Notes under the pieces: generated by a model
Told to the model about the DNA's origin: nothing
Database searches by the model: none
Seen by the model: only the letters and a program-made list of their open reading frames with translations
Made by a program: the position numbers and the translations under genes
Part shown: piece after piece, positions 16,651 through 30,111 of the stretch
Layout of the letters: each line of letters opens with the position of its first letter
How positions within the stretch are numbered: the stretch's first letter is position 1
Assembly (NCBI GenBank): GCA_964016885.1
Contig: OZ024749.1
Location: 1,860,001 to 1,924,000 of the forward strand
Length of the DNA stretch: 64,000 nt
Origin: Eledone cirrhosa
Taxonomy: Eukaryota
Direction of reading: 5' to 3'

Positions 16651-16789
16651 GGATAACAAAATATCGTTATAGGTAATCCAGTTAGAGTATGTGAATACTT
16701 TTTATTATGGATAGTTGACTCAACAAGATGTTTACGTAGATGACGAGTTTATGATTTAACTTGTAAGTTTATCTTGGAGGAATAAAACT

Positions 16790-17046
16790 AAAAAAATGTG
16801 AAGAATAACATGGTCAACAGTACAAAAAAGGGGAATTTATTTACAGTCTAACAATTTATTTCTCTGATTAAGTTGTCTAAAAATTGCTGATGACATGATT
16901 GAGTTTCCGATGACATGATTGAGCTAGCTTCGTATTTTATTGAGTGGCACTGCTTCTAGTGTTCAGCAATTTTTAGACAACTCAATCGTTGAACAATTGT
17001 TAGACTGTAAATAAATTCCCATTTATGTTATTCTTCACATTATTTC

Positions 17047-17052
<6 letters not shown>
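16790..17052. repeat. Imperfect fold-back insertion ending in (TA)n
   Basis: Arm pairs: tgtgaagaataacat/atgttattcttcaca, gggaatttatttacagtctaacaatt/aattgttagactgtaaataaattccc and gttgtctaaaaattgctga/tcagcaatttttagacaac. Confidence 0.75.
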
Positions 17053-17080
<28 letters not shown>

Positions 17081-17082
<2 letters not shown>

Positions 17083-17634
17083 TGGCTGCCAACTCGTTTT
17101 CGAGTACGGCCACTACTTTATATCCATGTAGGAGAACTCCTACCGATGCGCTGAACGAGTGTGACTTTTTACTCCAGCCAGCGACTTGAAAAATCAGTTA
17201 CAAACACTACACCTGTGACAATTATTGACACATAGTGCTGGGCCCATGGTACCATGTGACGACAAGTGCAGAGAGATCTCCAGATATAAAGCAATGCCTG
17301 TGCCGTGAAGCTTTTATAGTGAGCAAAGGCACTGCACAAAGCCAGTCCCACTCTCTTAAACAAGATGATATGTACCAAAAACAAGAACAAGTCAACATCA
17401 TTGGATACCATCAGGATTGCAGGTGTTATATCAGAGTGTTCCTTCTCCTAGAATTCTGCCTTGACAAAGGCTAAGGGGTCATCTCTCCCGGTGATTTTGG
17501 ATGGCCATTGACTCTTAAGAGCTCCTTTTCCCTTTGACAGGTTTTGTTTATAGTCATGCAGGATGTCCAAAGTCAGCCTCCTCACCAAGAAACCTTGGTG
17601 GGGTTGCCAGTTTAGTCGCCAACGACCCGACCAT
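17081..17634 (-). mobile_element. Non-autonomous RTE derivative (5' UTR fused to the zinc-finger 3' end)
   Basis: Matches both ends of 53400-55109 and the copy at 25270-25877. Confidence 0.88.
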
Positions 17635-17754
17635 ATACATATATATATACATATATATATACATAGATATATATACATACATAGTTACATATATAGTTAC
17701 AAACATGGCCATTGCACAATATACCATTATTAATAATTATTAATTAATAATATC

Positions 17755-18262
17755 GTGCAATGCCTGTGCGTGAAGATACTTTTTAAAGTGAGGAAAGACT
17801 GTGCACTGAGCCACTCCCACTCCAGTGACAGTAGCTATAACCCGAAAAGAAGAAAATATCAACATCATCGGTAACTATTGAGCCGCAGGTTTTATATCGG
17901 AGTTATCCCAGTTTCCTGAGCTGCCTTCTCCTAGAAGAATGCTTGACAAAGGCTAGGGGTCCTTCACTCCCAGTGGTTTAACCGCGCGATCAGGTGTCCA
18001 GCCCGATTATTTCTATGTCCCTGCGCATGTACATACACATGCACCCATGTATATACACATATCCATACATATGTACATGTGTATATACATATTTACACAC
18101 TTCTGGATGGCCGTTGACTCTTATGAGTTCTTCCGCCCTTTGTCAGGTTTTGTTTTTTATCCTGCAGGGTGTCCAATATCACACTTCTCACCAAGTTAAC
18201 TTGGTGGGGTTGCCTGTTTAGTCGCCGACGACCCGACCATGCGACAGGTGGTACTGGGTTAC
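17755..18262 (-). mobile_element. Older, diverged copy of the RTE 5' UTR family, interrupted by low-complexity sequence
   Basis: Shares ttgacaaaggctagggg and ggtggggttgcc.gtttagtcgcc.acgacccgaccat with the family. Confidence 0.7.
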
Positions 18263-18584
18263 ATACATATATATATACATATATACATACATACATACAT
18301 ATATAGATACATACATATATACACACATACATATATATATATATAGAAATGAAGTATTTCCGTAGGAAGGTTAAACGAAAAGAGAGTGCTCTATGTAGGT
18401 TACAGAGCTTTTTAGTTATATAATAAACAACATAATTAATTCATATGAATTAATTATCTTATGTTTGTTACATAACTATATATATATATACGGTGTATAT
18501 ATATGTATGCGTGTGTGTGTGTTCATCAGTGTACCTCAGTCTGTTTATCTGTCAGACTTTTTTAGTTTCTATATTAATATAATT

Positions 18585-19218
18585 ATTGTTTGGCTAAATG
18601 CCAGCAATTTGAAGGAAGTGAATGTTGTTTAAATCGACCCAGTACATTACTGATACTTTATTTTTCGACCCCGCAACGATGAAAGCTGAAATCGATATCG
18701 ATGTTTCGAACATGCTCAAACAACGATGCTCAAATGACTCTACCGAACTACAGCATATGCTGATGATGATTATTATTAGTTCTGAATTAGACGCAAGACA
18801 ATTTTGCTGGAGGGAAATGTCGATTAAATCGACACCAGTACATTACTGGTACTTTGTTTTATTGACCTCGTAAGGATGAAAGGCAAAGTTAACCTCGTCG
18901 GGATTTGAACTTAAAACGTAAAGGGATGTTACTCTGTATACGAAGCACGGTGTCCGACGATTTAACGATACTTCCAATCCACCGCGCTGATGATCATGAT
19001 AATAATAATAGTTTCTGAATTAGACACAAGGCCAACCATTTTTGGGGAAGGGAAAGTCGACTAGATCGCCCCCAATGTGTTACTGGTACTTTATTTTATC
19101 GACCTCGTAAGGATGAATGGCAAAGTTAACCACGGCAAGATTTGAACTCGGAACATAAACGGCTGTAACTATATGCTGCAAAGCATGGCGTCCGACCCAC
19201 TACCGATTCTGCCAATCT
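18585..19218 (-). mobile_element. Three tandem SINE family 1 copies just downstream of cadherin exon C
   Basis: Three repeats of ttactg.tacttt.ttt..t.gacc.cg.aa.gatgaa at about 18645, 18843 and 19080. Confidence 0.8.
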
Positions 19219-19240
19219 AAATAATATAAACGCTACTTAC

Positions 19241-19378
19241 CAGTTCGGCATTGTGGTTGACTAAAGCGTAATATTTCTTCCGTGTAAAAACCGGGTTTAA
19301 ATCATCTGCATCGAGAACTGTGAAGTTTATGGTTGCTGTATCATTCAGCTTCTTTTGGTTTATTCCTTCGGGTTGGTC
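19241..19378 (-). CDS. Cadherin-superfamily gene, internal exon C (DQPEGINQKKLNDTATINFTVLDADDLNPVFTRKKYYALVNHNAEL)
   Basis: 138 bp, phase 0-0. Acceptor ttcttgtttgatctttag, donor gtaagt. Carries the DxDDxNPxF inter-domain linker and the start of the next EC repeat. Confidence 0.92.
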
Positions 19379-19994
19379 CTAAAGATCAAACAAGAAATCG
19401 GTTAATATAGAGTGTGAAGCTCGAATAAGTCTATGGCATGCATTCAGAAGGATGATTTATAGGAATGAGGAAAGGTGATATAATGAAAGTCCTGTAAACA
19501 AAAAATAATCCAAAGGAAATAAAAGTTGGATTGCTCCTTTCGTTAGAGAAAGAAATCAACAATTTAACAGCAATTATTAACGACTGTCAACGAGAAAAGG
19601 AGAAAATATTTGGAAAATAGAAGGAGCGTCTAAAAGTTAATTTACATGTGTGATAGACAGAATGATGGTTTGTTTTATAGTAATTTACATGTGTGATAGA
19701 AAGAATGATGGTTTGTTTTATAGTAAGTTAATAACTCTGAACATGTTTCAGTCTATTAGATCTCTCCATTATATCAAACAGGATTAAAAGTTAAAACTGG
19801 CCAAGAAAAGTAACTGAAATGGGTCAACAAGTGTAATAATGGATGTGTATGGTCCTTTAACTCCTGAGTCGTAGCCGTGCCGTAAGGACATACGGCGTTT
19901 TAAGCAAGGTGGAGCCCATCTCTCTCTAGGCCTGACTATAGCAGACTTCTTCCAGAGAAAGATAGAAAGAGGAAATGAGAAAGAGTTATAGCGG

Positions 19995-20558
19995 AGGAAT
20001 GAACCCCAGTACAAGACTGGTACATTCTTTTATCGACATCAAAATGATGAAAGGTAAAGTTGACCTCGGCGGAATTTGAACTCAGAGAGAAGAGAGCCGG
20101 AACAAATACCATCAAGCTTTCTATCTGACGTTCTAACGACTGTCATTCTATCTGACGTTCTAACGACTGTCATTCTATCTGACGTTCTAACGAGTGTCAT
20201 TCTATCTGACGTTCTAACGAGTGTCATTCTATCTGACGTTCTAACGACTGTCATTCTATCTGACGTTCTAACGACTGTCATTCTATCTGACGTTCTAACG
20301 ACTGTCATTCTATCTGACGTTTAACGAGTGTCATTCTATCTGACGTTCTAACGACTGTCATTCTATCTGACGTTTAACGAGTGTCATTCTATCTGACGTT
20401 CTAACGACTGTCATTCTATCTGACGTTTAACGAGTGTCATTCTATCTGACGTTCTAACGACTGTCATTCTATCTGACGTTCTAACGACTGCCATTCTATC
20501 TGACGTTTAACGACTGTCATTCTATCTGACGTTCTAACCACACTACCAATTCACCGCC
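19995..20558 (-). mobile_element. SINE family 1 copy with an internally expanded head
   Basis: Core at 20015-20085. The head end (ccaattcaccgcc) resumes after the minisatellite. Confidence 0.75.
20121..20538 (+). repeat. 27-bp minisatellite (ctatctgacgttctaacgactgtcatt), about 15.5 copies
   Basis: Seen directly. Some units are 26 bp. Confidence 0.95.
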
Positions 20559-20834
20559 TTATATAGTATGGATATATAAGATAACAAAGGTTGTTGTGAA
20601 TGTTGTACACAAAAAATAGAAAGAAAAATAATAAATTGTCTTTTCCCAATTTGTTGGCAATACTAAACGACCTATGAAACAGTGTAAAGACAAATATATT
20701 TTGCAATATTGGATCGTCCTTTTTTCTAATAGCCATTTTGTTATCATATTTCCAGTGGTCAATGCCTAAGAATTCCGAATAATTTTGGAAATAATGAAAA
20801 AATTTACACTCAGATCCCTTTGCCACGAAGACCA

Positions 20835-21040
20835 AAATGTGGAAGACCTAATTGCGGAATTTGTAAATATATGCTGGAAGGTACGGATTTCAGATTCAAA
20901 GATCGATAAACTTTGAAACTTATAAAGAGTTTCACATCTTAACCTGGAAACCCCATATATGTTTTAGCATGCTGCGGGTGCGAAGCAGATTATATCGAAA
21001 TAACCAGAAGTAGCCAACTTAATCGGATGACGGTCCACTG
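20835..21040 (+). pseudogene. Degenerate Penelope-like zinc linker plus GIY-YIG fragment
   Basis: KCGRPNCGICKY..SFTS*PGNPIYVLACCGCEADYIE..RMTVH, with stops. Confidence 0.7.
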
Positions 21041-21901
21041 ATAAGAAAGTCATTTGATCAACGGAACAATCTGCTCACGAAATTACCGTGTAAGTGGCTG
21101 AGCATTCCAGAGACACGTGTACTTTAAACACAATTTACAAAGAGCTTCATCTTGACACGGGGTCACAAGAAGGACCCTTTGAGTACAAAGAATCCGACGG
21201 GCTTCCAAACAATTTCCGTCTACCAAATTTCACTCACAAGGCATCTCTCGACACACCACTACAGTAAATATTGATTATCCAGGATGCCTTGCAGTGAAGA
21301 TTGAACCCAGAAGCTCCTGATTATGAAGCAAACTTCTGGAATATTCGGCCGTACCACGCCCACACACACACACACACATGTATATATATATCATATACAC
21401 ACACATACGCACCGTTTACATACATCTCTACAGTACATCTATAGATTAGACATCCACTGGCAGTAATGAGAATTTAATTAAAATATATCAATCTCGAGAA
21501 AATCAGAATAACTTCTTACCACCACACCACCACCAGCAACACCATGACATCACCACCTCCACCACCACACCCGTCACCACCATGAAATTGGTCTCATCGC
21601 TCCACTTAACGACGTATCTTTTCCGTTCATTGCCAGAGAACGTCTCCACGAACCAAAGTATCGTCTTCCTGTTTTCCTTCGGTTGCAACGTTTTCCGAAA
21701 TATTTACTTCTGCGTTCACAGATTGATTTTTTTTTAGTTTCAGAAGATCCCGTTAAAGGTGAAAGCATCGATTCTTTGCTTAAACTTTAATCAGTTATTT
21801 TAATAAATATTTGCTCTACGGTTCTTATATATTTGATATATATTTATCCTTATCGAGCCCTCTTCAGATTTTAGACTTCACATTTATTATTATTACTATA
21901 T

Positions 21902-22020
21902 GAAGGCGTGTGGCTGAGTGGTTAGAGAATTGTATTCGCAATCGTAAGGTTGTGAGTTCGATTCCTGGACAAGGCGATGCGTTATGTCCTTGAGCAAGAC
22001 ACTTTATTTCACGTTGCTCC
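21902..22020 (+). mobile_element. tRNA-headed SINE family 2 (5' part)
   Basis: A-box TGGCTGAGTGG and B-box GTTCGATTCC, then ccttgagcaagacactttatttcacgttgctcc. Related copies at 24530-24816 (-), 28400-28595 (-), 31540-31770 (-) and 36775-37030 (+). Confidence 0.85.
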
Positions 22021-22405
22021 TTCTACCTGGAGTTGCGACCGATAGATAGTATTAGCAATTGGAAAGACCAACGGAAACATTGTTCCCTCGGTCCGATTTG
22101 ACAAAAAAAGTCGATCGTTCCTTTTTATATATATATAAAGAATTAGTATATCTACCAACATATATATACAGATGTATACCTATGCAAGCAAATATATAGT
22201 TTTTGTCTTAGTAACTTTGTGGTTCAATGTAAGGGGATGCAGAACAATTATATGAAAAACGTAAAATAAGAAAATTATAGTAGTTACCTTACATTACTAT
22301 AATTTTTTTTATTTTACGTTTTTCATATATATATAAAATCTTGTTTCGTCTTAGTCTCTTGTTCGTCCATTTCACATTTTTCTATACCATGTACAATGTT
22401 TCAAG

Positions 22406-22611
<206 letters not shown>

Positions 22612-22623
22612 TATATGTATATA

Positions 22624-22674
<51 letters not shown>

Positions 22675-22991
22675 TGAAGTAAAAGTTAAGTGGAACTATC
22701 CAAGAGTAAGAGCGCTCAGTCAATAGGGCGAGTTTAGTATAAATATTTCCATTCTGAATTTACTCTCAAGAGTTATCTCCCTTATATCTTACCCTATTTT
22801 TTTTAATAACCCCTTTTTTTCTATACTTTGTCTAAATTATCTGCCCCTGCGTGAACTCTTTTGTTATATCCCCATAAGGAAAGCACAATCAACGATAGGC
22901 GGTCATCTTTGGTTTTTATTTTTCTCATGACAGGGTGAATGAATTGGGGCCCAGAACGCAACGAAACTTGAGTACCTGTTTATGTCCGTGT

Positions 22992-23026
<35 letters not shown>

Positions 23027-23438
23027 TAAGGTGTACGCTCTAACATAGCTGTGTACATATATGTATGTGTATTTTGTGTATCTAACAATGTATGGTATGT
23101 TTATGGATAGACATTTGAAAGACCTCAGTTATGAATTTTAGAAACTGAAGATGTAGAGTCGTCTAGCGGATCCCAGCAGAAGCAAGGGTGGATAACTGTG
23201 GACGATCAACCTTTCTGACTCTGGCCGTAATCAAGACTGTTCTCTGCTGGAACTCAATATAGGCGCAACACATAATTTTGACACATATAGTAAAAAACGA
23301 TGATCGTCGAGAGTTACCCACCCTTGGTTCTGTTAGAATCCGCTAGATGGCTCTACGTCATAAGTTTCCAAAATTCATTGCTGAAGGCTTTGAAATGTTT
23401 ATTCATAAACACACCGTATCTCACTAGATATACAAAAT

Positions 23439-23477
<39 letters not shown>

Positions 23478-23635
23478 AACAAAAACATAAATACACAAAC
23501 ACTATGCACAGACACATACAATATCATTATATGCACAAACAAAACATTGACATGTGCATATACACATACACACTCACAATACACATATACACATAGACAT
23601 GTGCATAAACATATACACCATTCACAATACATATA

Positions 23636-23669
<34 letters not shown>

Positions 23670-24529
23670 AAAACAATAGACACACATACATAACCACACA
23701 TAGTACATAGCTTCACATAGAAACAAATACACTAACACACTCAAACACATACACATACTTACACAGACATAGACACATACATGCACTCACCCCTACACAC
23801 GTTCAGCCGATATCCCCCGACCTCCTTCCATGCCCACCACAACAACGTGGAACCCATACTTTCAAAAGATGGCAGTGATCACCACTTAAAATCATATTAG
23901 TTAAAAAGGTGAAGTTACCATTAATTTTTCCGGCAGGAAACAGTAAAATGTCTTTTAATCAAATGGTTGTTTTCTCTTAATTTATTTGCAGTTCTCTCTT
24001 TCTCTCCCTTTTCTTTCTCTCTTTCTTTCTTGCTTTCTTTCTCTCTCTTTCTTTCCTTCATAATCTCCTTCCTTTATTTATTTATTTCTCTCTTTCTTCC
24101 TTCCTTCCTTCCTTTCATTCTTTCTTTCTCTCTCTCTTGTTATATTTATTCACCTTCTTTTCTTCCTTCTCCGGATAATAACCCCCCGCCCCTGCCTCTG
24201 CCAATTTTAAATACTTTTATGTTTCCTTCCTCTTTAATATTTCTCCTAGAATTAACCTCTTCCTTAACTTACAAAAGTTATTCTGTATTGGAAAATTATA
24301 ATAACAGCTGTACAGAAGATTTATAGAATTTTTTCTCAGAAATAATTGCAGTAAACTATCTTAAATAACAATGTAGTCTCCGTCGCTTTCAACGATCAGA
24401 ATTGATGTATGTGTGGCTGAGTATTCCACAAACACTGGTACTTATATCAGCGGGGAACAAATTATTGGTACAATCCGTCTTGAATTACCGTCTACATGGT
24501 TGCGTATTCCATAGACACATGTAAAACAA

Positions 24530-24816
24530 ACTGGTACTCCGACGGTTATGACGGCGAGTGTTGATGTGATCAACGGAACAGCAAGTGGCTGAGCATTCCA
24601 TAAACACGCATACCCTTAAAGTAGCTCTCAGGGAGATTCAGCGTGTTACAGAATATGACAAGGCTGACCTTTCGAATTACAGGTATAACTCGTTATTTGG
24701 CAGCTGAGCGAACTGGAGCAACGTGAATAAAAGTGTCTTGCTCAAGGAAACAACACATCAACTCATGACCGTACGATCCAGAGCAGAATACCGTAACAAT
24801 TAAACCACGCGCCTTC
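24530..24816 (-). mobile_element. SINE family 2, near full length
   Basis: Reverse complement of the 21902 head and core, plus 3' body. Confidence 0.8.
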
Positions 24817-25269
24817 ACACAGACACGTGTATACTCATCATAAATACCACTCTGAGTCAAAGTGAAACAAAGTCTGAAGCTTTGAATTATATGTAAAATC
24901 GTTGTCAGGATTCCACACAGTTCCCGTCTACCAATATCACTCACAAGACTTGATACGACACCAGGATATGTATGGTAAAGAAACTTGTTCAAGATGCACG
25001 GAGTAGGATCGAGCAGACGACCTCATCCTTGCCAATGCTTAACTAACCAGCCATGTTTACAATCACATCTAAAGAACATAAACATGTGTGTGTGTGTATG
25101 TGTATGTGTGTATATGTATGTGTGTATGTATGTATGTATGTGTGTGTATGTGTGTGTTTATGTATGTGTGTGTGTATGTGTGTGTGTATGTATGTGTGTA
25201 TGTGAGTATTTATGTATGTGTGTATTTGAGTATGTATGTATGTGTGTATGTATGTATGTATGTAAGTAT

Positions 25270-25877
25270 GTCAGGTCACCAGTTGGTGCTACTGGTAACA
25301 TGTATCCCAGTACAACATGTCTCATGGTCGGGTCGTTGGCGACTAAACTGGCAACCCCACCAAGGTTTCTTGGTGAGGAGTCTGACTTTGGACATCCTGC
25401 AGGACTAAAAACAAAACCTGTCAAAGAGCAAATGAGCTCTTAAGAGTCAATGGCCATCCAAAATCACCGGGAGAGATGACCCCTTAGCCTTTGTCAAGGC
25501 AGAATTCTAGGAGAAGGAAAACTCTAATATAGCACCTGCAACCCTGAAGGTATCCAATGATGTTGACTTGTTCTTCTTTTTAGAAAATATCATCTTAGTT
25601 AAGAGAGTGGGACTGGCTTTGTGCAGTGCCTTTGCTCACTATAAAAGCTTCACGGCACAGGCATTGCTTTGTATCTGGAGATCTCTCTGCACTTGTCCTC
25701 ACATGGTACCATGGGCCCAGCACTATGTGTCAATAATTGTCACAGGTGTAGTGTTTGTACCAGAGTTTTCAAGTCGATGGCTGGACTAAAAAGTCACATT
25801 CGTTCAGCGCATCGGTAGGGGTTCACCTACATGGATATAAAGTAGTGGCCGTACTCGAAAACGAGTTGGCAGCCACC
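25270..25877 (+). mobile_element. Full-length non-autonomous RTE derivative (~608 bp)
   Basis: Starts gtcaggtcaccag like 53400 and ends gagttggcagccacc like 55109. Lacks the RT region. Confidence 0.9.
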
Positions 25878-26246
25878 ATATATGTATATATGTATGTGTG
25901 TATGTAAGTATGTGTATATGTGAGCATGTATGTTAGTATGTATGTATGTAAGTAAGTATGTAAGTATGTATGTATGTGTGTATGTGAGTATGTGCGTATG
26001 TATGTATGTGTGTATGTAAGTATGTGTATATGTGAGCATGTATGTGAGTATGTATGTAAGTAAGTATGTAAGTATGTATGTATGTATGTGTATATGTGAG
26101 TATGTGTGTATGTATGTATGTCTGCATGTATATATATGTGTATATGTGAGCATGTATATGTGTGTTCCCTGTGCACCAGTTAATAACATCTAATATTGCT
26201 TCAGTCGTTCTTACAGACAAACCGCACCCATGTATAAGGCAGAAAG

Positions 26247-26285
<39 letters not shown>

Positions 26286-26422
26286 ATGCATATATACTTA
26301 TATATATACACACACACACACACATATATGTATATATATACATACACAAATATGCATATATATGTATATATTTATGCATAAAAACATTCTATTATGTATA
26401 TATATTTATGTTTGTACTTATA

Positions 26423-26484
<62 letters not shown>

Positions 26485-26823
26485 CATAGAGATATATACA
26501 GTCATATTTTCTACCCCTGCACACACAAAAGCCATATCTTCAGTTTAGCAATCAGCAATACGGAAGAGAAACAAAACCAGCCTTTCTTCTTAGTGAGAGA
26601 TTTCCTAAAGAATAGATGTGTCTGCCGTATGGTATTGATAGGAACATCAAACAAAATCATTGTTAAAGGAACGGAGAAAACCGATAAGGAAAAATGAGGC
26701 CGAAGTGGCGGCCATTAGCTTCAAAAGAAATTGTTTTCTCCTATGTCCGATTGCACTTGTTTTGTCATTCAATACTTACTTGTTCTTCTTGCTCTCCCTT
26801 TTCTGTTTATATCTGTTTGGTAG

Positions 26824-26864
<41 letters not shown>

Positions 26865-27394
26865 GTGTGTGTGTGCGCGTGTGTGTGTGTGTGTATATAT
26901 CGCCTTTTTTTTCTTACCTTTTTTTCTATCAGATAGTTCTATATCTCTCTATATATGTGCCTTGCTATCAGTCTGTCTGTCTAGAGGTACGTCCCTACTT
27001 ACCTATCTATCTATCAACCTACCTACCTATCTACCTTTCTGTCTATCAATCTATCTATCTATCTATCTTTCTCTAACTAGTTACAGTAGTACCATTAATG
27101 GGGAACTGCGTGCAACAACCGTAACAGGCAATCATGCGACAAGGGAGTGAAATATAGGGAAGAATCGAACCGAAAAGGAAAAACAAGGAAAAACGATGGG
27201 AGATGAAAAGATGACTGGAATGGGAGGCTACACTAGAAGGAGGGAATTAGAGAGGTGACGTGATAAAGTAGAATAGTGAGGGAAGTGAAGATAAACTGAA
27301 TCCCAAACAAAGTAAAATAGAAAGGAAAATCGTGTTTCATATCAAGTGTGTGTCTCTATTTGTTTGTCTGTGCGTGTGCTTGTGTGCGCATGTG

Positions 27395-27503
<109 letters not shown>

Positions 27504-27689
27504 AATAATGAAGCACGCGAGCCACCACTGAGAGTAATGAAAGAAAGGGAATGGCGTTTAAAAATGAATAAAAATACCAGAAAGAAGAGAAAATGAAGCA
27601 AGGCAGGGTTTGATGTATAAACATTAAGAATTATTGAAAGCGTGCAGAAATAAATCCCGTTACTTCTGATGGGTACTATGCAAGTACTG

Positions 27690-27807
<118 letters not shown>

Positions 27808-29099
27808 CATGCACATGGTAGGTGGCAGTAGCTATAACTTCAACATTTGAGGTTATTATGGACTGGGGTTCGAATTCAACAGACAACACCACTTTAAAAT
27901 GTATGATATATACTGTTGAATTCGAAATCCCTGCCCATCAGAATCTTAAATGTAGGAGGTTTGAATCATTGAGCCAAGGGACAGTTCTCTATCATCTTCA
28001 ATTAGGTAGTTGAATAATAGTGTTTATATGTAAAGAAACATATACGTAACTCGGTGTCTACGAAGTGCTGAGCGGATAAAGTTAATATGAAGGGTGGTTT
28101 GTTCATGCGCGAAGATTCTATAAAATAGCTTATAACATAGGGGGAAGAGACTTAAATCGGAAAAAAGTTGTCATGGGCCGCGACGAGAAATCGAACCTCG
28201 TATCTCCCAGATACTGATTAGTAGGATAGTGTGTGTGTGTATATGTGTGTGTGTGTCCGTCCGTCCATAGCTGTCAGAGTATCAGTGAAAGCAATCTTAC
28301 TGTATTGGTGATGATAGTCCTCTGTCGATATCAATGATGTATGTTCCAGTTTCCTGGGCCATCAGAATATCCTGGCTGTGAAATTAACATGCAAGAGGTT
28401 GAACATTCCACAGACATGTGCACCCTTAAAGCAATTCTCAGGGAATTTTCACCGTAATTCTGTAGGGGACAAAACTGATCCTTTGAATTACAGGTAAAAC
28501 TCATTTTTTATCCAGTAGAGTTGACTGAAGCAACGTGAAATTTTAAAGTGTTTTGCTACAGAATTCGGCACAAGTTCGGAGTTCGAACTCATGGCCAGTG
28601 GTGACTGGAATATAGAACCCACTAGGATAATTGTTATCAGATTGTTGGAGATGTTCACTTCCATATACATTGGTCTTCGACGAATTAGCAGGGCCAGCAG
28701 AACATCAGATATGCTTCCAGGTAATTTATCTGACTCTGTGTTTTGGGTTCAAAACCTGCTGATATCAACTTTGCCTTCCTTCCTTTGCAGATCGATAGAC
28801 ATGTACCAGTGTCAATTCCTCTATACCTCTTTCTCACTCCCTGCCTATTATTCTCTCTCTATCTCTCTCCTTCTCAGAAAGAAATCAGCTGTAAGCGGAG
28901 ATAGACTCCGACAGGTTTTTAAAATACCCAAGAAATGCCGTGTGTCACTAAGGCGCCCCTGCGATACCACGAGAAGTTATGGGACCATACATACATTAAT
29001 TCATATACTGATCTTCTAATGAAGATTGTCTCCCTTCTTCACTGCTCAGTCATGTAGGGCCCGGGGATGCAACTTAGACAATGGAGGTGTTACACTTAC

Positions 29100-29201
29100 C
29101 TGTACCATGATATCAATACTGAGATGTCTCTGTTTCTCATAATCCAGTTTTTGGTTTAGTGTAATTAATGGTGTTCCGGGTAGGTTAATTGAAAAGAATT
29201 C
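29100..29201 (-). CDS. Cadherin-superfamily gene, internal exon B (EFFSINLPGTPLITLNQKLDYEKQRHLSIDIMVQ)
   Basis: 102 bp, phase 0-0. Acceptor ctactctcatttcag, donor gtaagt. Carries the FSI and LDYE cadherin motifs. Confidence 0.92.
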
Positions 29202-29254
29202 CTGAAATGAGAGTAGAAAAAAGTGGAATATACGTATTTTTGTAGGTACATGTA

Positions 29255-29565
29255 TGGAAGGGGTTGGCGACTAAACTGGCTCCCCATCAAACCCTGGTGT
29301 GGTGAGGAAGGTAAGTGGAACCCCAGTAGCGCAAAAAACAAGAGCTGTTAAAGGGGCGGATGAACGCGTCAGAGACAGCGGCTATCTACCCCAACTATGG
29401 GTTACATATCCTCACCAAGCAGCAATCGTCGAAGCATGGTGAATACGGCTACACCCCCGACATGACAAAAACCATACTGAATGAAGTGGAGGTCAACCAT
29501 GGCGGGGTTCTTCCAACAGGAGTGAGATGGCCCTGGATTTGGACTGGATTGTATGGACGGTGATG
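29255..29565 (+). mobile_element. 5' UTR fragment of another RTE-like family
   Basis: ttggcgactaaactggc.cccc..ggtgagga..aaaaacaa.a.ctgt.aaagggc parallels 53465-53560. Confidence 0.55.
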
Positions 29566-29664
29566 TTTTTCTAAATAATTTAGGCTGTCAAACTTTCTCA
29601 TATGCTACAATACCCAAACAGTTAGCTTACCCAGTGCTTGTCTTTGAAGAATGAGCCTCTACAT

Positions 29665-30111
29665 CAGAGGTTCTCAAAGTTGGTGCTACCGGCCCCCGGG
29701 GGACGTTGAGAATGTCAAGAGGGTGCTGGGGTCTTAAGGGATTAGGGATAGAGATGATATAATAATATATGAAATATGAAATGATACATATTATATATAT
29801 AGTAAAATAAAAAGTATATAATATTTATTTATACATAGTATATATTATGTTATTCTGAGTTCAAACCCCGCCGAAGTTAACCTTGCCTTTCATTCTTACG
29901 GGGTCGATAAAATAAAGTACCAGTAATGCACTGGGATAATTGCTGGCCTTGTGCCAAAAGTAGAAACAATTATGTTATTATATATAAATTAACGATTTTA
30001 TTTATTATATATTATTTACAATTTGTGTGTAGACATGTCTCTCTGGAAATAAGGGTGGGGCCGCTGATGGTGTTACGTGGCCGTGAGGGGGGCGGGGATT
30101 GAGAACCTCTG
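29665..30111. mobile_element. hAT (Charlie-like) MITE with a nested SINE at 29853-29972
   Basis: Perfect 13-bp TIRs CAGAGGTTCTCAA/TTGAGAACCTCTG. 8-bp TSD CTCTACAT at 29657-29664 and 30112-30119. Confidence 0.9.

Noticed and set aside
21735-21790. Hammerhead-like CAGAAGA..GAAA in the 538/1470/21640 family
   Set aside because: The core reads CAGA in all copies, and stems I and III could not be assigned.
21902-21975. tRNA gene
   Set aside because: A/B boxes run into a repeated SINE body, and there is no intact acceptor stem.
28295-28377. Possible cadherin exon (QDILMAQETGTYIIDID)
   Set aside because: It lacks the DxND/DxDD-P linker, and exon C at 19378 already completes the repeat in frame.
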